Positions 1 through 7,990 of a stretch of DNA of 64,000 nt are shown here, in pieces. The position numbers and the translations under genes were made by a program. The notes below the pieces were generated by a model, which had not been told where the DNA came from, ran no database searches, and was given only the letters and a program-made list of their open reading frames with translations. How positions within the stretch are numbered: the first letter of the stretch is position 1; every line of letters begins with the position of its first letter. The stretch is from contig QYQM01000070.1 in assembly GCA_007280905.1 (NCBI GenBank), forward strand, positions 69 to 64,068, given 5' to 3'. This stretch comes from Porphyromonadaceae bacterium. GTDB taxonomy: Bacteria > Bacteroidota > Bacteroidia > Bacteroidales > UBA12481.

Positions 1-68
1 CCCCTTGAGCCTTACTTGAGCCTTGCGCCTCGAGCCTTACTTGAGCCTTGCGCCTTGAGCCTTGAGCC
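1..68. repeat. Tandem heptanucleotide array (units TTGAGCC / TTGCGCC / TCGAGCC with TTAC interruptions) directly 3' of the aminopeptidase gene; truncated by the window edge
   Basis: Read directly: 'ttgagcc ttac ttgagcc ttgcgcc tcgagcc ttac ttgagcc ttgcgcc ttgagcc ttgagcc'. The same unit family recurs at 22050-22119 and 59674-59694. Confidence 0.85.
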
Positions 69-1451
69 TTATCTTAAGCACTCAACCTCGGCAACAGTCT
101 TTGGTACCGCCTTGCCAAGCACCTTATAACCGGTTTTAGTTACAAGCACATCATCCTCGATGCGGATGCCTCCGAAGTCTTTGTATTTTTCAACTTCAGC
201 ATAATTGATGAAGCCGGTATGCTGGCCTTCGGCTTTCCATTGGTCAATCAAGGCCGGGATGAAATAGCACCCGGGTTCAACAGTGAGAACGAAGCCGGGT
301 TGTAGCCTGCGTGCCAGGCGCAGGAAGGCAAGTCCGAACTGGCTGGCTGGCTGGATTTCATCATCATATCCCACATATATCTGACCGAGGTTTTCCATAT
401 CATGCACATCAAGCCCCATCATGTGTCCCAATCCGTGCGGGAAGAACAGGGCATGAGCACCGGCTGCGACAGCGTCATGAGGACTTCCTTTCATCAGACC
501 AATCTCTTTGAGAGCATCGACCATGGCTCTGGCAGCAAGCAGATGAACATCTTTATAGAAAATACCGGGTTTAATGGCCGCTATGGCTTTGAGGTTTGCC
601 TGTAAAACGGCCTCATAAACAGCTTTCTGCCTACTGTTGAATTTCAGTCCGACGGGAACTGTACGGGTAAGATCAGAAGCATAATGAAGGGAAGTTTCAC
701 ACCCGGCATCCACCACCATCATCCGGCCCGGCTGAAGGATCTGACTATGATCATGATTGTGAAGCGTTTGTCCGTTCATACTTAGAATAACCGGGAACGA
801 AACCGGTCCACCGTGGGCTAATGCAATCCCCTCAATCGTACCGGCAATCTCCTGCTCCCAGGTACCGGGCATAGCCATTTTCATTGCTGTGGTATGCATC
901 AGGCAGGCGGTATCCACTGCCTTTTCGATCTCTATTATCTCATGCTGATCTTTGATCGAGCGCTGGGCAACCACGGCCTTGATCAGGCTAATAGATGATT
1001 TTGCCTTCAGACCGGCTGCGGGAATTTTAACCAACCGCTCAAGCTCGAGAATCGTTTCACCGCGATAGGGTGGTGTAACGTGAATTTCCCTTCCCTGACT
1101 GAGTGCTTTGGCAATCATTTTATCCAGATCGGCATAGGGAGCCGTATGGGTGACACCCACTTTGGTTGATAATTCTGCAATTGAGGGAAGAACACCCATC
1201 CAGATGATATCATCCATATCCACATTGTTACCGAAAATCCAGTCATGGCCGGAATCCAGATCAATCACACCAGCTAATCCGGTATGATCCAATCCGAAAT
1301 AATAGAGGAATGTGCTATCTTGCCTGAAATGATACTGGTTTGCCGGGTAATTGAAAGCGGCATCCACGTTTCCGGGCAATAAAATGAGTCCGCTGCCCAT
1401 GTTTTTGCGGAGCTGGGCTCTTCTGTATACGTAAATCTGTGATTCAAACAT
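69..1451 (-). CDS. pepP: Xaa-Pro aminopeptidase (peptidase M24B)
   Basis: The ORF carries M24 metal-ligand motifs: 'VVDAGCE', 'SDLTRT', 'HGLGHMMGLDVHD', 'LTVEPG', 'IRIEDDV'. I set the start at the internal Met 'MFESQIY' (cat at 1449-1451) rather than the ORF-track Met at 1487. Confidence 0.85.
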   Translation of the reverse strand: MFESQIYVYRRAQLRKNMGSGLILLPGNVDAAFNYPANQYHFRQDSTFLYYFGLDHTGLAGVIDLDSGHDWIFGNNVDMDDIIWMGVLPSIAELSTKVGVTHTAPYADLDKMIAKALSQGREIHVTPPYRGETILELERLVKIPAAGLKAKSSISLIKAVVAQRSIKDQHEIIEIEKAVDTACLMHTTAMKMAMPGTWEQEIAGTIEGIALAHGGPVSFPVILSMNGQTLHNHDHSQILQPGRMMVVDAGCETSLHYASDLTRTVPVGLKFNSRQKAVYEAVLQANLKAIAAIKPGIFYKDVHLLAARAMVDALKEIGLMKGSPHDAVAAGAHALFFPHGLGHMMGLDVHDMENLGQIYVGYDDEIQPASQFGLAFLRLARRLQPGFVLTVEPGCYFIPALIDQWKAEGQHTGFINYAEVEKYKDFGGIRIEDDVLVTKTGYKVLGKAVPKTVAEVECLR

Positions 1452-1561
1452 GACCGAAATATTTAAAAACGAACGAATATACAGCAATTCATTAACCTCT
1501 TTACTGCCGTGGAATGGTTTTTATCCGGATTTTGCGTATATTAAAGCGGATTAGATAACAG

Positions 1562-2260
1562 ATGCCCTACCGAAGATTACCGACAACCGATGTGGCCAGG
1601 CTTAAGGCCCTGCACTCCTGCACGCGCATGGCAGAGATTTCAGGATTGGACCAGCTCGCCTTCCCTGCTCAATATATCCATACCTTAAGAAACATTATCA
1701 ACAAACTCGAAGGAGCAAAGCACCAGCAGAACCAGGCAAGGAGGCATCAGATTGCATTTAACCGGGAGCACCAGCCAAACGTGGTTAAAACCCGGTTGTA
1801 TTTGTCGCACTTTATCCAGGTGCTCAATTTTGCGATCATCCGGGAGGAGGTTCCGGAATCCGCAAGGGCATTCTACGGTTTGGAAGATTACGGAAACCGG
1901 CTGCCCAACCTCAGGAGCGATGCGGACATCCTCGAATGGGGCAAAAGGATCATTGATGGAGAAAATCAGCGTTTTAAAAAGGGAGGTATCCCGATCATGA
2001 CTCCGAATATCGCCCGTGTTAAAGTCTGGTATGACCAGTTCAGGGATGGATATTACAATCAACTGACCGCCAATAAAACAACCATGCGTGCTGATCAGAA
2101 AATGATAGAGATCCGTAAGGAAGTTGATACCCTGCTCGCTGCTGTTTGGGATGGGATCGAAAAATTTTATAGTGCCTATCCTGAGTCCGAACGGCGGGAG
2201 CTAGCTGAGGCATACGGAATTGTATGTGTTTTACGCAAGGGCGAGAAGGAAACCCGCTAG
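1562..2260 (+). CDS. Hypothetical protein (232 aa), no motif I recognise
   Basis: Long uninterrupted ORF with protein-like composition. The overlapping ORFs in other frames are shorter and low-complexity. Confidence 0.5.
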   Translation: MPYRRLPTTDVARLKALHSCTRMAEISGLDQLAFPAQYIHTLRNIINKLEGAKHQQNQARRHQIAFNREHQPNVVKTRLYLSHFIQVLNFAIIREEVPESARAFYGLEDYGNRLPNLRSDADILEWGKRIIDGENQRFKKGGIPIMTPNIARVKVWYDQFRDGYYNQLTANKTTMRADQKMIEIRKEVDTLLAAVWDGIEKFYSAYPESERRELAEAYGIVCVLRKGEKETR

Positions 2261-2781
2261 TGCTGCTTTTTCAGCAGGTCGTCGATTTCCTTTTTCAGAA
2301 CTTCGAATTCCTCTTTCTTAAATCCCATCGAGTTCAGTACCAAGGTGCCCTCCCTGTCAAACAGGTAATTCCTCGGGATGAACCGGGTGGCAAATTTCGA
2401 ATACACTTCCTTCTTTTCATCCAGATAAAAGGGCATGGTCCACTTTTTCTTTTCAACAAATGCCTTTACTACTTCTGCCTTTTCTGCCCTATCGATAATC
2501 ACAAGCACAAAATCCTTATTATCCTTGTATTTAGCCCAGATATCCTTCTCAACAAGTGGTAATTCCTGATTACAAGGCCTGCACCAGGTAGCAAAGAAAT
2601 TGATCAGGACAACTTTCCCATACAGATCATCTGAGCTTAAAGTTTTACCGTCGAGGGTCTTTACAGTGAATTCCGGTATATCCGAACCCACTTTAAGAAG
2701 GTTCGCAGTATCCTTATCTGTTTGGCTATAAGCAGTTTGCATAATCAATGCCACGATCAGAAGAGAGAGTAGTTTTTTCAT
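2257..2781 (-). CDS. TlpA-like thiol:disulfide oxidoreductase (thioredoxin fold), secreted/lipoprotein
   Basis: CxxC motif in 'FFATWCRPCNQELP' and signal peptide 'MKKLLSLLIVALIMQTAYSQ'. Start moved to this Met (cat 2779-2781); the ORF-track N-terminal extension reads through a repeat element. Confidence 0.8.
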   Translation of the reverse strand: MKKLLSLLIVALIMQTAYSQTDKDTANLLKVGSDIPEFTVKTLDGKTLSSDDLYGKVVLINFFATWCRPCNQELPLVEKDIWAKYKDNKDFVLVIIDRAEKAEVVKAFVEKKKWTMPFYLDEKKEVYSKFATRFIPRNYLFDREGTLVLNSMGFKKEEFEVLKKEIDDLLKKQH

Positions 2782-2822
2782 ATTTAACGAATTAGATGAC
2801 AAAGATAAAACCAAAGATAAAA

Positions 2823-2895
2823 CCACGGAGACACGGAGAAACACGGAAATTAACCATTATCTCTGTGATTCTCTGTGTTCTCCGTGTCTCCGTGG
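2823..2895. repeat. Hairpin element built from inverted arrays of an ACACGGAG-type octamer (copy 1)
   Basis: Left arm 'ccacggagacacggagaaacacgga'; right arm 'ctctgtgttctccgtgtctccgtgg' is its near reverse complement. A second copy lies at 58074-58180. It sits between two co-directional genes. Confidence 0.85.
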
Positions 2896-3824
2896 TAGAT
2901 TTTTGGGGTTTTACTGTTCCGGTAAAAATACACCACTGCGGAAATACTCAATACGAGCGCCGGTATAGCCCAGATCCAGGCTTCAGGGCCGGTACCGATT
3001 TTATCGAGTTCTGCGGGATCAAACTGGTTGCGGAAGAAATAGGTTAAGGTAACCGGCAGGAAATTATTAATAATATGGGCTAAAACCGGATACCAAATGT
3101 TACCCGACCAAAAGAACAGGTAACCAAAAAGAACACCTAACACGAAACGGGGAAGAAATCCATAAAACTGCATATGGAAAGCCGAGAAAATAATGGCGAC
3201 AAAGATGATGGCAACATGAGGATTCCGGAACCACCGGTGGAAAATCTTCTGTAAAACTCCCCGGAAAAAGAACTCCTCGCCAAAGGCGGGAATCAGAACA
3301 ACCATCAGTACATTAACCAGATAGCCGGAAAATGTGTTGACTGTCAGAAAAGCTTCAGTCAGATCGCCGGCTTGCGCTTCGGCACTTTTCATCCAATCCT
3401 CGACACCCGAAAGAAATCCGGGCAATCGCAGTTCCTGGTTTAGTACTGACAGGAGATTCAGAACAGGCAGAATCAGCACCGTCAGAACAAGAACTACCGT
3501 AACCCGCTTTCTGTCAGGACTTTTATTGATATTCAAATACAGCCATGGATCTCTCACGACAAACCATCCGAAGATAATCGGAGGAATTACAAACATCGAG
3601 AGGGATTGGGTAATCTGCAGAAATTTCAGTAATGGGACATTAGCAGGATCGGTCACATCCAGGAGATTCATCCACTCGGTGAGTGGAACCCTGAAAAGCA
3701 CGATTCCCGCTACGATAGCCAACAGCATGACAACCAGCACACTGATAACGGTAATCAGTGTAAACATCAACAATTGAATAAACGGATGGTGTGAACTCAA
3801 ATATTGGTTTTCCATGATTGGCAA
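2850..3824 (-). CDS. CPBP-family intramembrane glutamic endopeptidase (CAAX protease-like)
   Basis: Multi-TM protein with CPBP motifs 'EEFFFRG', 'FSAFH' and 'HIINN'. The last ~17 codons ('...YHGDTENTENHRDNG') are translated from the hairpin repeat, so the true C-terminus may be an artefact of the element insertion. Confidence 0.8.
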   Translation of the reverse strand: MPIMENQYLSSHHPFIQLLMFTLITVISVLVVMLLAIVAGIVLFRVPLTEWMNLLDVTDPANVPLLKFLQITQSLSMFVIPPIIFGWFVVRDPWLYLNINKSPDRKRVTVVLVLTVLILPVLNLLSVLNQELRLPGFLSGVEDWMKSAEAQAGDLTEAFLTVNTFSGYLVNVLMVVLIPAFGEEFFFRGVLQKIFHRWFRNPHVAIIFVAIIFSAFHMQFYGFLPRFVLGVLFGYLFFWSGNIWYPVLAHIINNFLPVTLTYFFRNQFDPAELDKIGTGPEAWIWAIPALVLSISAVVYFYRNSKTPKIYHGDTENTENHRDNG

Positions 3825-3913
3825 AACTACAAAAAATGTTCAAGCCGGCCGGGATGGAAAACCATACCCGGGCCGGCCATGAACAAATAAACCAATCGAT
3901 AGAAATGAAGTCA

Positions 3914-4038
3914 GAGATTCCAATTCAGAATTCCGAATGCCGAAGTTGGAGATTCAAGTATTTATGAAGTACAGAATTACAACTTCAGGGTGACCTGAAT
4001 CTCGTACCTCGGAACTCGGAATTCTAAATTGGAATCTC
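3914..4038. repeat. Long imperfect inverted repeat (33-nt arms, ~59-nt loop) made of heptamer-like units (TCCGAAT/GCCGAAG)
   Basis: Arm 1 (3914-3946) is 'gagattccaattcagaattccgaatgccgaagt'. The reverse complement of arm 2 (4006-4038) is 'gagattccaatttagaattccgagttccgaggt'. They match at 29 of 33 positions by my count. Confidence 0.85.
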
Positions 4039-4045
4039 ATCTCTT

Positions 4046-5641
4046 TTACTTCTGAGGTGTCTCATTCCTGAGTACCCGCGTGAGACCATCTGGTGTCATG
4101 ATCCATTCCGCTCCAACGAGGTCACCTGACCAGGTATCTTCTGAATTCTGAACGGCATACAACAAATATTTCAGGCTCTTGTCAAGATAAACAATTGTAC
4201 CAGCCGGCAGGTTGATAGTTACCTCCACTTCCTGAGCATGGAACCGGTTGCTCTGCGACAGTCGATAAACCGGATCGAGCCCCAGAACAGAATCCTGTAG
4301 GGTGCAGGAATAGTTGATCTGCTCAGCGTATTCCTTTGCATCATGGTAATTGATAGCGCGGGCCGTTTTCCTGATCCGGATACCCGTTGCCGAGTCCTGG
4401 CAATACTCAATTCTCACGGTAGGCTGGATCAGCAGGTTAACCGAATCATTCTGGCGGTCGAGCCAGAACCGGCTATGATAATTGAACTCGGTCCTATTTT
4501 CGCTTCTGTCGATGGGGTATGGTAATGATTTTATTATCAGTTTTTTACTTTGAGGTATTGATAATACTTTTTCAACGGTCGTCCTGCCTTCTGATGAGTA
4601 TTGGACGCCTTCGTTAATACCGAGAACGATCAAAACGATCAGGGTGATCACCCATATACCGGAAAGACTGAAGGTACCGACCCTGTCACTGGCTTTGAAC
4701 CGGAAAATGACCTTAACCACTCCGTAAATCAGGCCAATCAAAGGGATGGCAACCAGAAGAATTAGACCGATCACGGCAATTGTTGCAGCGGTTGGTGAAA
4801 CAAAGAATCCGACAGCATCACCCAATCCAATGTTATTCAGGTTCCAGTCGGAATTGATAAACCAGGCTTTCCCACTGACTGCCAGGCCGATCATGGATCC
4901 GAGGATGGCAACACCGGCGATGATGAATGAGAAGGCGATGATAAACCCGATAATCTTGAAAAAAACCAGTATCAGTTTTGCAAAAGCCCTCACCATCCGG
5001 CCGATAAGGGTTCCCTGGCTGCCTCGCCTGACTGGTTGCTGCCGATAATCAGGAGCTGCCGGGTCATAGGGATACTCCTGCCGAACCTGGCGCTCAATAT
5101 TAAAGACATTGACCGGTTCCCCATACATTTCTAGCTTTTCAGCTGCTGTGCGGGCTTCGGGCACCCCAACCCAAAGGACGAAATAGATCAGGATACCAGC
5201 TCCGTAAGCCAATGTAAAGACTACAAACAGAATCCTGACAAAAAGCGGATCAACTTTGAAATAAGCTGCCAATCCGGAGCAGACACCTGCGATCCGTTGG
5301 TTGGATGGATCACGGTACATCCGACGCCCGCGGCCGCTATAAGGGGGTGGCATGGCCGGTCCGGCTTCCTCATCCCCGGCATCTACGATCTCTTCCGGTT
5401 CGCCCATGATTTCAATGACTTCCTTAGCATCCGCGAGATTGATCACCTCTTTACCCGGAACCAGCTTTTCCTGAAACAGTTCGGCCATGCGGGTCTCAAT
5501 GTCATTCAGAATTTCTGATTCCCCCGGAACCTGGCTGAAACGTGACTGCAACTGGTCAAGGTAATTCCTTAAAAGATCATAGGCATCGTCGTCGACATGA
5601 AGGACTAATCCGCCCAAATTGATTTTTATTGACTTTTTCAT
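4046..5641 (-). CDS. PspC-domain membrane protein (long form, 531 aa)
   Basis: PspC signature 'MYRDPSNQRIAGVCSGLAAYFKVDPLFVRILFVVFTL...LIYFVLWVGVP', followed by several TM helices and a C-terminal extracytoplasmic domain. The N-terminal ~60 aa are paralogous to those of ORF 6733-7281. Confidence 0.8.
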   Translation of the reverse strand: MKKSIKINLGGLVLHVDDDAYDLLRNYLDQLQSRFSQVPGESEILNDIETRMAELFQEKLVPGKEVINLADAKEVIEIMGEPEEIVDAGDEEAGPAMPPPYSGRGRRMYRDPSNQRIAGVCSGLAAYFKVDPLFVRILFVVFTLAYGAGILIYFVLWVGVPEARTAAEKLEMYGEPVNVFNIERQVRQEYPYDPAAPDYRQQPVRRGSQGTLIGRMVRAFAKLILVFFKIIGFIIAFSFIIAGVAILGSMIGLAVSGKAWFINSDWNLNNIGLGDAVGFFVSPTAATIAVIGLILLVAIPLIGLIYGVVKVIFRFKASDRVGTFSLSGIWVITLIVLIVLGINEGVQYSSEGRTTVEKVLSIPQSKKLIIKSLPYPIDRSENRTEFNYHSRFWLDRQNDSVNLLIQPTVRIEYCQDSATGIRIRKTARAINYHDAKEYAEQINYSCTLQDSVLGLDPVYRLSQSNRFHAQEVEVTINLPAGTIVYLDKSLKYLLYAVQNSEDTWSGDLVGAEWIMTPDGLTRVLRNETPQK

Positions 5642-5651
5642 TGTAGCGGGA

Positions 5652-5990
5652 TTAGGCTTGTTGGTTAATCAGTGCGACGGCTTTCACCAGATCCTCCCAT
5701 GAAGAATCCAGGTCCTTCAGAAAATCCCTGCCGGCATCGGTGAGCTTATAATATTTTCTTGGTGGCCCCTGGGGTGACTCTTCCCATCGATAGCTCAGCA
5801 GGCCGGCATTTTTTTGGCGGGTCAGCAACGGGTAGAGTGTTCCCTCCACCACAATCAGCCTGGCATCTTTCAGTTTACGAAGGATATCCGTTGCATAACA
5901 ATCCTGCTGATTCATGATCGTAAGGATGCAATACTCCAACACACCTTTTCGCATTTGGGCTTTTACGTTTTCAATTTTCTCGTTTTCCAT
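5652..5990 (-). CDS. PadR-family transcriptional regulator
   Basis: 112-aa winged-HTH protein with 'GVLEYCILTIM...YATDILRKL...VEGTLYPLLTRQKNAGLL...PRKYYKLTDAG', typical of PadR. Confidence 0.85.
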   Translation of the reverse strand: MENEKIENVKAQMRKGVLEYCILTIMNQQDCYATDILRKLKDARLIVVEGTLYPLLTRQKNAGLLSYRWEESPQGPPRKYYKLTDAGRDFLKDLDSSWEDLVKAVALINQQA

Positions 5991-6002
5991 GACTTATAAT
6001 TA

Positions 6003-6719
6003 TTAATCTCTTTTTAAAGAACCGAGGCCCGAAATATTCTTGTGAATCTCAGGTTCGCCCCGGTAACGGACTGAGCCTATCCCTGAGATTGATACATCGA
6101 GTTTGTCTTTAGCATATACGCGGGCACCTCCGGCACCTGACATGTCGACTTCAACATCATTGGCCATCAGATCAAGGGCATCGATATCACCGGCACCTGA
6201 TAACTGAATACGCAATTCATCAACCTTACCCCTGAAATCGCATTCTGAAGCACCCGAAAGATCGATTTTCAGGCTCTTGGCTTCGATTCCAAAATCGAGC
6301 CGTGCAGCACCTGTCGCCAAAATATTAAGCGATCCCAGTCGAAGCACCGAGTCGGATACCATCTTAATCGCTCCCGACAATTCCATCTTTTCCAAATCTT
6401 TTATCCCGATATACAGGTTCTTGTCACGGGCTTGTAAAATATTGAGCCGGGTTTCAATCCGCAGGGTCGATCCCTCTTCACTTACCTTTACGATGTCATA
6501 CAGGTTTTCGTCTAATTCCATCCGTAACGAAGGTTTGTCGGATGGCTCAAGAAAGACATGGAAATTACCGGAGATAACCAGGCGTGTGAAATTTCCGATT
6601 TTTTGATCGCGGGTTTCCACTTTGCCATTTCCGATTATCCCCCCCTGGCAGCTTGTGAGTATCACTAAAGCAAGTGACAACAACATCAACCAGCCTGATT
6701 TGTATATTTTCGTTTTCAT
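6003..6719 (-). CDS. DUF2807 / GIN-domain (putative adhesin-head beta-helix) lipoprotein
   Basis: Lipoprotein signal 'LALVILTSCQGG'. Repeated 'L.LSGAG/SGAS...' beta-solenoid-like segments ('KIDLSGASECDF', 'RIQLSGAGDIDA', 'EVDMSGAGGARV', 'DVSISGIGSVRY'). Confidence 0.7.
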   Translation of the reverse strand: MKTKIYKSGWLMLLSLALVILTSCQGGIIGNGKVETRDQKIGNFTRLVISGNFHVFLEPSDKPSLRMELDENLYDIVKVSEEGSTLRIETRLNILQARDKNLYIGIKDLEKMELSGAIKMVSDSVLRLGSLNILATGAARLDFGIEAKSLKIDLSGASECDFRGKVDELRIQLSGAGDIDALDLMANDVEVDMSGAGGARVYAKDKLDVSISGIGSVRYRGEPEIHKNISGLGSLKRD

Positions 6720-6732
6720 GATTCTGCGAGTA

Positions 6733-7281
6733 TCAGAAATAATTGGATCCCGTCTTCATTTCGCTGATTTGTTCCGGGGTGGTGGCCTGCGGCAAGGCAA
6801 TCCAGAGGACGATATACAGCAGGAAACCGAAGCCCATGAATAGGCCGATTACAAATAGGATGCGGAGCAGCAGGGGATCGGTATTGAAATAATAGGCCAA
6901 TCCTGAGCAAACACCTCCGATCGATTTATCCTGACCATCGCGATACATCCGGCGGCTCCGGCGGCCTCCGGCATAATGGTTGGAATAGGATTGCGAATAG
7001 CGCTGACCGCCTTCATGACGGCCCCCGATATCTTCAGGTGCACCAAGCACTTTTAATACTTCACGTACATCGTCGATGGAAATTACCTGACGCAGCGGTT
7101 TTAATCGCTCGGTAAAAAGTTCCGACATCCGTGTTTCAAGATCATGCATCACTTCGCGTCCTTCAACGCTCGACATGAATTGCCGCTCAACGGCATTCAG
7201 ATAGTCTCTCAGAATTTCATAGGCATCATCATCAATGTTGAAAATAGTGCCTGCCAGATTGATTTGAATTGTCCTTTTCAT
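6733..7281 (-). CDS. PspC-domain protein (short form, 182 aa)
   Basis: 'MYRDGQDKSIGGVCSGLAYYFNTDPLLLRILFVIGLF...LLYIVLWIALP'. The N-terminus 'MKRTIQINLAGTIFNIDDDAYEILRDYL' parallels 'MKKSIKINLGGLVLHVDDDAYDLLRNYL' of ORF 4046-5641. Confidence 0.8.
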   Translation of the reverse strand: MKRTIQINLAGTIFNIDDDAYEILRDYLNAVERQFMSSVEGREVMHDLETRMSELFTERLKPLRQVISIDDVREVLKVLGAPEDIGGRHEGGQRYSQSYSNHYAGGRRSRRMYRDGQDKSIGGVCSGLAYYFNTDPLLLRILFVIGLFMGFGFLLYIVLWIALPQATTPEQISEMKTGSNYF

Positions 7282-7438
7282 AACACACTAGTTTAATTGT
7301 TCAGAATACTTGCTTTAACATTGTTATCTCCTATACAAAGATATATTTATATATTGATACCTTGTATCACATAGTACTAAATATATTTAAATAATATTAA
7401 TAATTGGCTGATTATCAGGAATAAAGTTTTCATTTGGA
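7261..7438. repeat. Copy A of a ~178-bp direct repeat (first 6 codons, 5'UTR, promoter and upstream region of the PspC operon)
   Basis: Aligns base-for-base with 7811-7988 with scattered substitutions. Both copies start with 'ttgtccttttcataacacactagtttaatt' and end with 'ttttcattt(g/a)gg'. Confidence 0.9.
7336..7369 (-). promoter_or_regulatory. Bacteroidota -7 box TATCTTTG with palindrome TGATAC-N3-GTATCA 11 nt upstream (promoter/operator of the PspC-GIN-PadR-PspC operon)
   Basis: On the minus strand: 'TGATACAAGGTATCA' (7355-7369), 11 nt, then 'TATCTTTG' (7336-7343). This matches the TAnnTTTG consensus and lies ~55 nt upstream of the ATG at 7281. Confidence 0.6.
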
Positions 7439-7831
7439 GAGATAATTGAGATCAAACATCCACGATTCAGTAACGTTTCCTGAATTGTCTTCCGATAAGC
7501 GGCTTTCACTGAACATCCAGCTTTCCAAGGGCTGAGCTGCTTCATCGAGGTAATTGGTTTCCAGCATCCAGGGTTCAACCGAACCAGCTGATTCTTCGCT
7601 CAGATATTCCAGTTTAAACATCCAGCCTTCAACAGGTTCGCCCCGGATATCATCACCGGTTAATTTAACCGTATGGGTAAAATGTCCAAATGCCGGACGG
7701 CCTGAGCGCGAATATTTGTCTTTATCGGAATAAGCTTGTTCGTTAAGGGCAATTCCTAAAAGAACTACCGCAGCTATTTTTATCAGGTTTATTGTTTTCA
7801 TTTCCCTATTCATTTGGATTGTCCTTTTCAT
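7430..7831 (-). CDS. Small secreted protein with four tandem 'E-x-W-M-x(4)-Y/R-L-S/D-E' repeats
   Basis: Signal-like 'MKTINLIKIAAVVLLGIALN'. Repeats: 'VEGWMFKLEYLSEE', 'VEPWMLETNYLDEA', 'LESWMFSESRLSED', 'TESWMFDLNYLSK'. The first six codons (MKRTIQ) and the promoter are the duplicated copy of the PspC gene start. The start could instead be Met7 or Met11. Confidence 0.6.
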   Translation of the reverse strand: MKRTIQMNREMKTINLIKIAAVVLLGIALNEQAYSDKDKYSRSGRPAFGHFTHTVKLTGDDIRGEPVEGWMFKLEYLSEESAGSVEPWMLETNYLDEAAQPLESWMFSESRLSEDNSGNVTESWMFDLNYLSK

Positions 7832-7988
7832 AACACACTAGTTTAATTTTTAAGAATACTTGCCTTAACATTGTTGTTTCCTATGCAAAGATATATTTAA
7901 TTATTTGTACCTTGTATCACATAGTACTAAATATTTTTAAATAGATTTATTAATTACCTGATTATCAATGACAAAATTTTCATTTAGG
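7811..7988. repeat. Copy B of the ~178-bp direct repeat
   Basis: See 7261-7438. The two copies are 550 bp apart and bracket the body of the small WM-repeat gene. Confidence 0.9.
7886..7919 (-). promoter_or_regulatory. Duplicated promoter: TATCTTTG -7 box plus a degenerate palindrome (TGATACAAGGTACAA) at the same 11-nt spacing
   Basis: Read on the minus strand: box at 7886-7893, palindrome remnant at 7905-7919. Confidence 0.55.
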
Positions 7989-7990
7989 CA

